The notes beneath the pieces are model-generated. The model was not told where the DNA came from. It did no database searches and saw only the letters and a program-made list of their open reading frames with translations. The translations under genes were made by a program, and so were the position numbers. This document shows positions 61,641 to 64,000 of a DNA stretch of 64,000 nucleotides, in pieces. Each line of letters opens with the position of its first letter. The stretch's first letter is position 1. Location: assembly GCA_002299915.1 (NCBI GenBank), contig DBOG01000014.1, positions 6,268-70,267 of the forward strand. Reading direction: 5' to 3'. The stretch comes from Proteobacteria bacterium UBA652 (GTDB taxonomy: Bacteria > Pseudomonadota > Gammaproteobacteria > Nitrosococcales > Methylophagaceae).

Positions 61641-62608
61641 AAATTTTGACTATATTAAGCTTGGCATTATGCTGTACTGCTAGCCAGGCACAGGGAGAGC
61701 AATTCCCTGAGTTGCCCGAATTCATTAATAAAATGGAACAGGAGCACGCATTTGATGCGCAAGCTTTGGAGACATTGTTCACGTCTGTCAAAGTGAAAGA
61801 GTCAATATTAAAAGCAATTTCGCGTCCTGCTGAGAAGAGTAAAGCTTGGTATGACTATCGAAAAATATTCTTAGGCCAGAGACGGATTAATGGCGGAGTT
61901 GATTTTTGGCGAGAACATGCCGCTGATTTAGCGCGTGCCGAGGCGGAGTATGGTGTTCCCGCGGAAATAATTGTGGCGATTTTAGGCGTGGAAACACGTT
62001 ATGGCGGCAATGTGGGTGGCTATCGGGTGATTGATGCCTTATCGACATTGGCTTTCCAATACCCTAAGCGGAGTAAGTTTTTTCGGTCAGAGTTAGAACA
62101 CTTTTTATTGTTGGCGCGCGAAGAAGGTAAGCCTCCCTTATTACCTGTGGGGTCTTATGCAGGCGCCATGGGATTAGCGCAATTTATGCCGAGTAGCTAT
62201 CGTCACTATGCAATTGACTTTGATGGCGATTCAAAGCGTGATATCTGGGAAAACCCAACCGATGCGATTGGCAGTATTGCAAATTATTTGGCGGAACATG
62301 GCTGGGTGCGTGGCCAAAGTATTGTGCATAAATCAGCAGCAGCATCAGGCTCGCTTACTGCCGTGCTGGAAGCAGGATTGAAGCCGAGTTTAAACCGTGG
62401 GCAAGTGGCAGCCGCTGGGTTATCATTGACGAATTTACCTCATGGTGAGGATAAGCTATCAGTAATTGAACTGGAAAATACACAAGGCCCTGAATTTTGG
62501 ATAGCACGCCAGAATTTTTACGCAATTACACGCTATAATCATAGTGCGATGTATGCGATGGCGGTGACTCAACTGGGTGACGAGATCCGGCAAAAATATC
62601 AGAAATAA
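61637..62608 (+). CDS. mltB: lytic murein transglycosylase B
   Basis: 323 aa. Signal peptide. GVPAEIIVAILGVETRYG, GAMGLAQFMPSSY and RYNHSAMYA motifs. Confidence 0.85.
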   Translation: MKILTILSLALCCTASQAQGEQFPELPEFINKMEQEHAFDAQALETLFTSVKVKESILKAISRPAEKSKAWYDYRKIFLGQRRINGGVDFWREHAADLARAEAEYGVPAEIIVAILGVETRYGGNVGGYRVIDALSTLAFQYPKRSKFFRSELEHFLLLAREEGKPPLLPVGSYAGAMGLAQFMPSSYRHYAIDFDGDSKRDIWENPTDAIGSIANYLAEHGWVRGQSIVHKSAAASGSLTAVLEAGLKPSLNRGQVAAAGLSLTNLPHGEDKLSVIELENTQGPEFWIARQNFYAITRYNHSAMYAMAVTQLGDEIRQKYQK

Positions 62609-62611
62609 GGG

Positions 62612-63442
62612 GTGAATTCAGTGATAAGAGGATTGCGGATTGGATTATGGGTGATATTGAGTATGTTGTTAACGGCATGTGGTAGCCTGTCTTTACCAGA
62701 ACGCGATCGGCCGCCTATTATTGACCGTGATGTGGCTCATATTCCAGATGCAGTACCCAAAGCGGAGCCGCGAAGTCGTTATGGCAATGCCTCGCACTAT
62801 GAGGTGTTTGGTAAGCGTTACTATACCTTGGATAGCAGTGCGGGTTATGAAGAAACCGGCATGGCCTCATGGTATGGTAAGAAGTTTCACGGTCGTAAAA
62901 CATCAAGTGGTGAAATCTATGATATGTATGGGATGACTGCTGCCCATAAAACATTGCCGTTGCCGACATATGTGGAAGTGACAAATTTAGAAAATGAAAG
63001 GCAGGTTATATTACGGGTAAATGATCGTGGCCCTTTTCATGGGGGTAGGTTGATTGATTTATCCTATGCTGCCGCGAAAAAGTTGGGCGTGGTGAGCAGT
63101 GGCACGGCGCGAGTAAAAGTGCGTGCTGTGTCCGTTGGAGAAAGCAATCAGCATACGGCACACACATCTGAGCGTAGTGCCGTGGTTAAACCCGCGACCC
63201 GTGTAGATAATCAATTAATATTTTTACAGGTGGGCGCTTATGCGTCATTGCAAAGCGCGAGAGGTGTAAAACAAGCGATCCAAAATTTAACGGGAGATCC
63301 TGTCTCAATCAGAGAACTGGATAGGCATAGCGGGACTTTATATCGTGTATGGGTGGGGCCATTAGTGAGTGCAGATCAGGGACGAAAGCTGTCGATGCGT
63401 TTGGATAATCAAGGTTATGATTCACAAGTTGTTATAGAATAA
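62612..63442 (+). CDS. rlpA: septal ring lytic transglycosylase RlpA (DPBB domain plus C-terminal SPOR domain), lipoprotein
   Basis: Lipobox [59 protein letters not shown]. SPOR-like [13 protein letters not shown] ... YRVWVGP. GTG start. Confidence 0.85.
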   Translation: [276 protein letters not shown]

Positions 63443-63473
63443 TTTCAAATTTAGGGGTGTAGATAAAGTGGGA

Positions 63474-64000
63474 ATGAAGTATATGAAAAAGGTAATAGTT
63501 GGATTGATGTTAGCAATGCTAACGGGATTAGGGTTATCACTGAATGTACTGGCAGAGGGTGTAAAACCAGCCATTACAGCACCTGAAATTGCGGCTAAAT
63601 CTTATTTCTTGATTGACCATAACAGTGGCCGTGTATTAGTAGCAGAAAATGCCGATCAACGCCTACCTCCTGCCAGTATTACCAAGTTGATGACGGCCTA
63701 TGTGGTATCAAAAGAATTAGAGGCAGAACGGATCAGCTTAGCGGATGAAGTGTTGATTAGCGAAAAAGCATGGCGGATGGTGGGATCGCGTAGTTTTATT
63801 GAGGTGAATACCAAGGTGCCGGTGGAAGCATTATTGCGTGGTATGATTATCCAATCAGGCAATGATGCTGCGGTGGCGCTTGCTGAGCATATTGCGGGAA
63901 GCGAGGAAAGTTTTGCCGACATGATGAACGATTATGCGACACAGTTGAATATGGAGGACACACAATATCGCAATTCAACGGGTTTACCCGATCCTGACCA
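63474..64000 (+). CDS. dacA: D-alanyl-D-alanine carboxypeptidase (PBP5/6 family), 5' part only, runs off the window
   Basis: Signal peptide. PPASITKLMTAYVV (SxxK) and IIQSGNDAAVALAEH (SGN). The frame is open to the window end. The start may be GTG 63468. Confidence 0.85.
   Translation, partial: MKYMKKVIVGLMLAMLTGLGLSLNVLAEGVKPAITAPEIAAKSYFLIDHNSGRVLVAENADQRLPPASITKLMTAYVVSKELEAERISLADEVLISEKAWRMVGSRSFIEVNTKVPVEALLRGMIIQSGNDAAVALAEHIAGSEESFADMMNDYATQLNMEDTQYRNSTGLPDPD

Overview
The window looks like a core chromosomal segment of a gammaproteobacterium-like organism, judged from gene content and synteny. It is densely packed with housekeeping genes. Left to right: a zapA-6S RNA locus; two tandem secreted Sel1-repeat paralogs; a small ParD/ParE-like toxin-antitoxin insertion; aroE-hemB; then carAB-greA-(DUF4149)-rlmE-ftsH-folP-glmM-tpiA-secG-tRNA-Leu(GAG). 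Next come an aldehyde dehydrogenase/acetyl-CoA synthetase pair with a divergent AraC regulator, and a DUF937 membrane protein. A complete 14-gene nuoA-N complex I operon plus DUF2818 follows, then rluD, a degenerate c-type cytochrome remnant, a secreted beta-helix protein with dockerin-like repeats, and mutM. After that lie an ABC-2/GldG/DUF4340 transporter operon, a GlrK/QseE-QseG-GlrR/QseF-type two-component module, rpmB-rpmG, a TlpA-like oxidoreductase, a ThDP acetolactate-synthase-like enzyme, and an AT-rich acyltransferase insertion. The window ends with gatCA, mreBCD-mrdA-rodA-mltB-rlpA and the 5' part of a PBP5/6-type carboxypeptidase. I saw no CRISPR array, prophage, transposase or integrase. 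The most interesting signals are as follows. (1) Immediately downstream of the GlrR-like activator gene there is a near-consensus sigma-54 promoter and three perfect TGTC-N10-GACA boxes, apparently driving a secreted EF-hand protein rather than a GlmY-type sRNA. (2) Several otherwise conserved genes carry single-site lesions. These are a nuoB in-frame TGA at a conserved Trp, a nuoF 5' frameshift, a nuoN lacking its last conserved helix, an rpmG 1-nt insertion, an mreC whose Met1 codon reads ATT, a DUF4149 frameshift and a cytochrome c with CXXCH changed to CAAGH. They may be consensus errors or genuine decay; I cannot tell which from sequence alone. (3) A 66-aa membrane ORF is wedged, with translational coupling, between nuoK and nuoL. 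(4) A roughly 150-bp element with terminal inverted repeats sits in an intergenic region. (5) gatB is replaced at its usual position by an AT-rich acyltransferase. All functional calls rest on my recognition of protein motifs and synteny, not on database searches.
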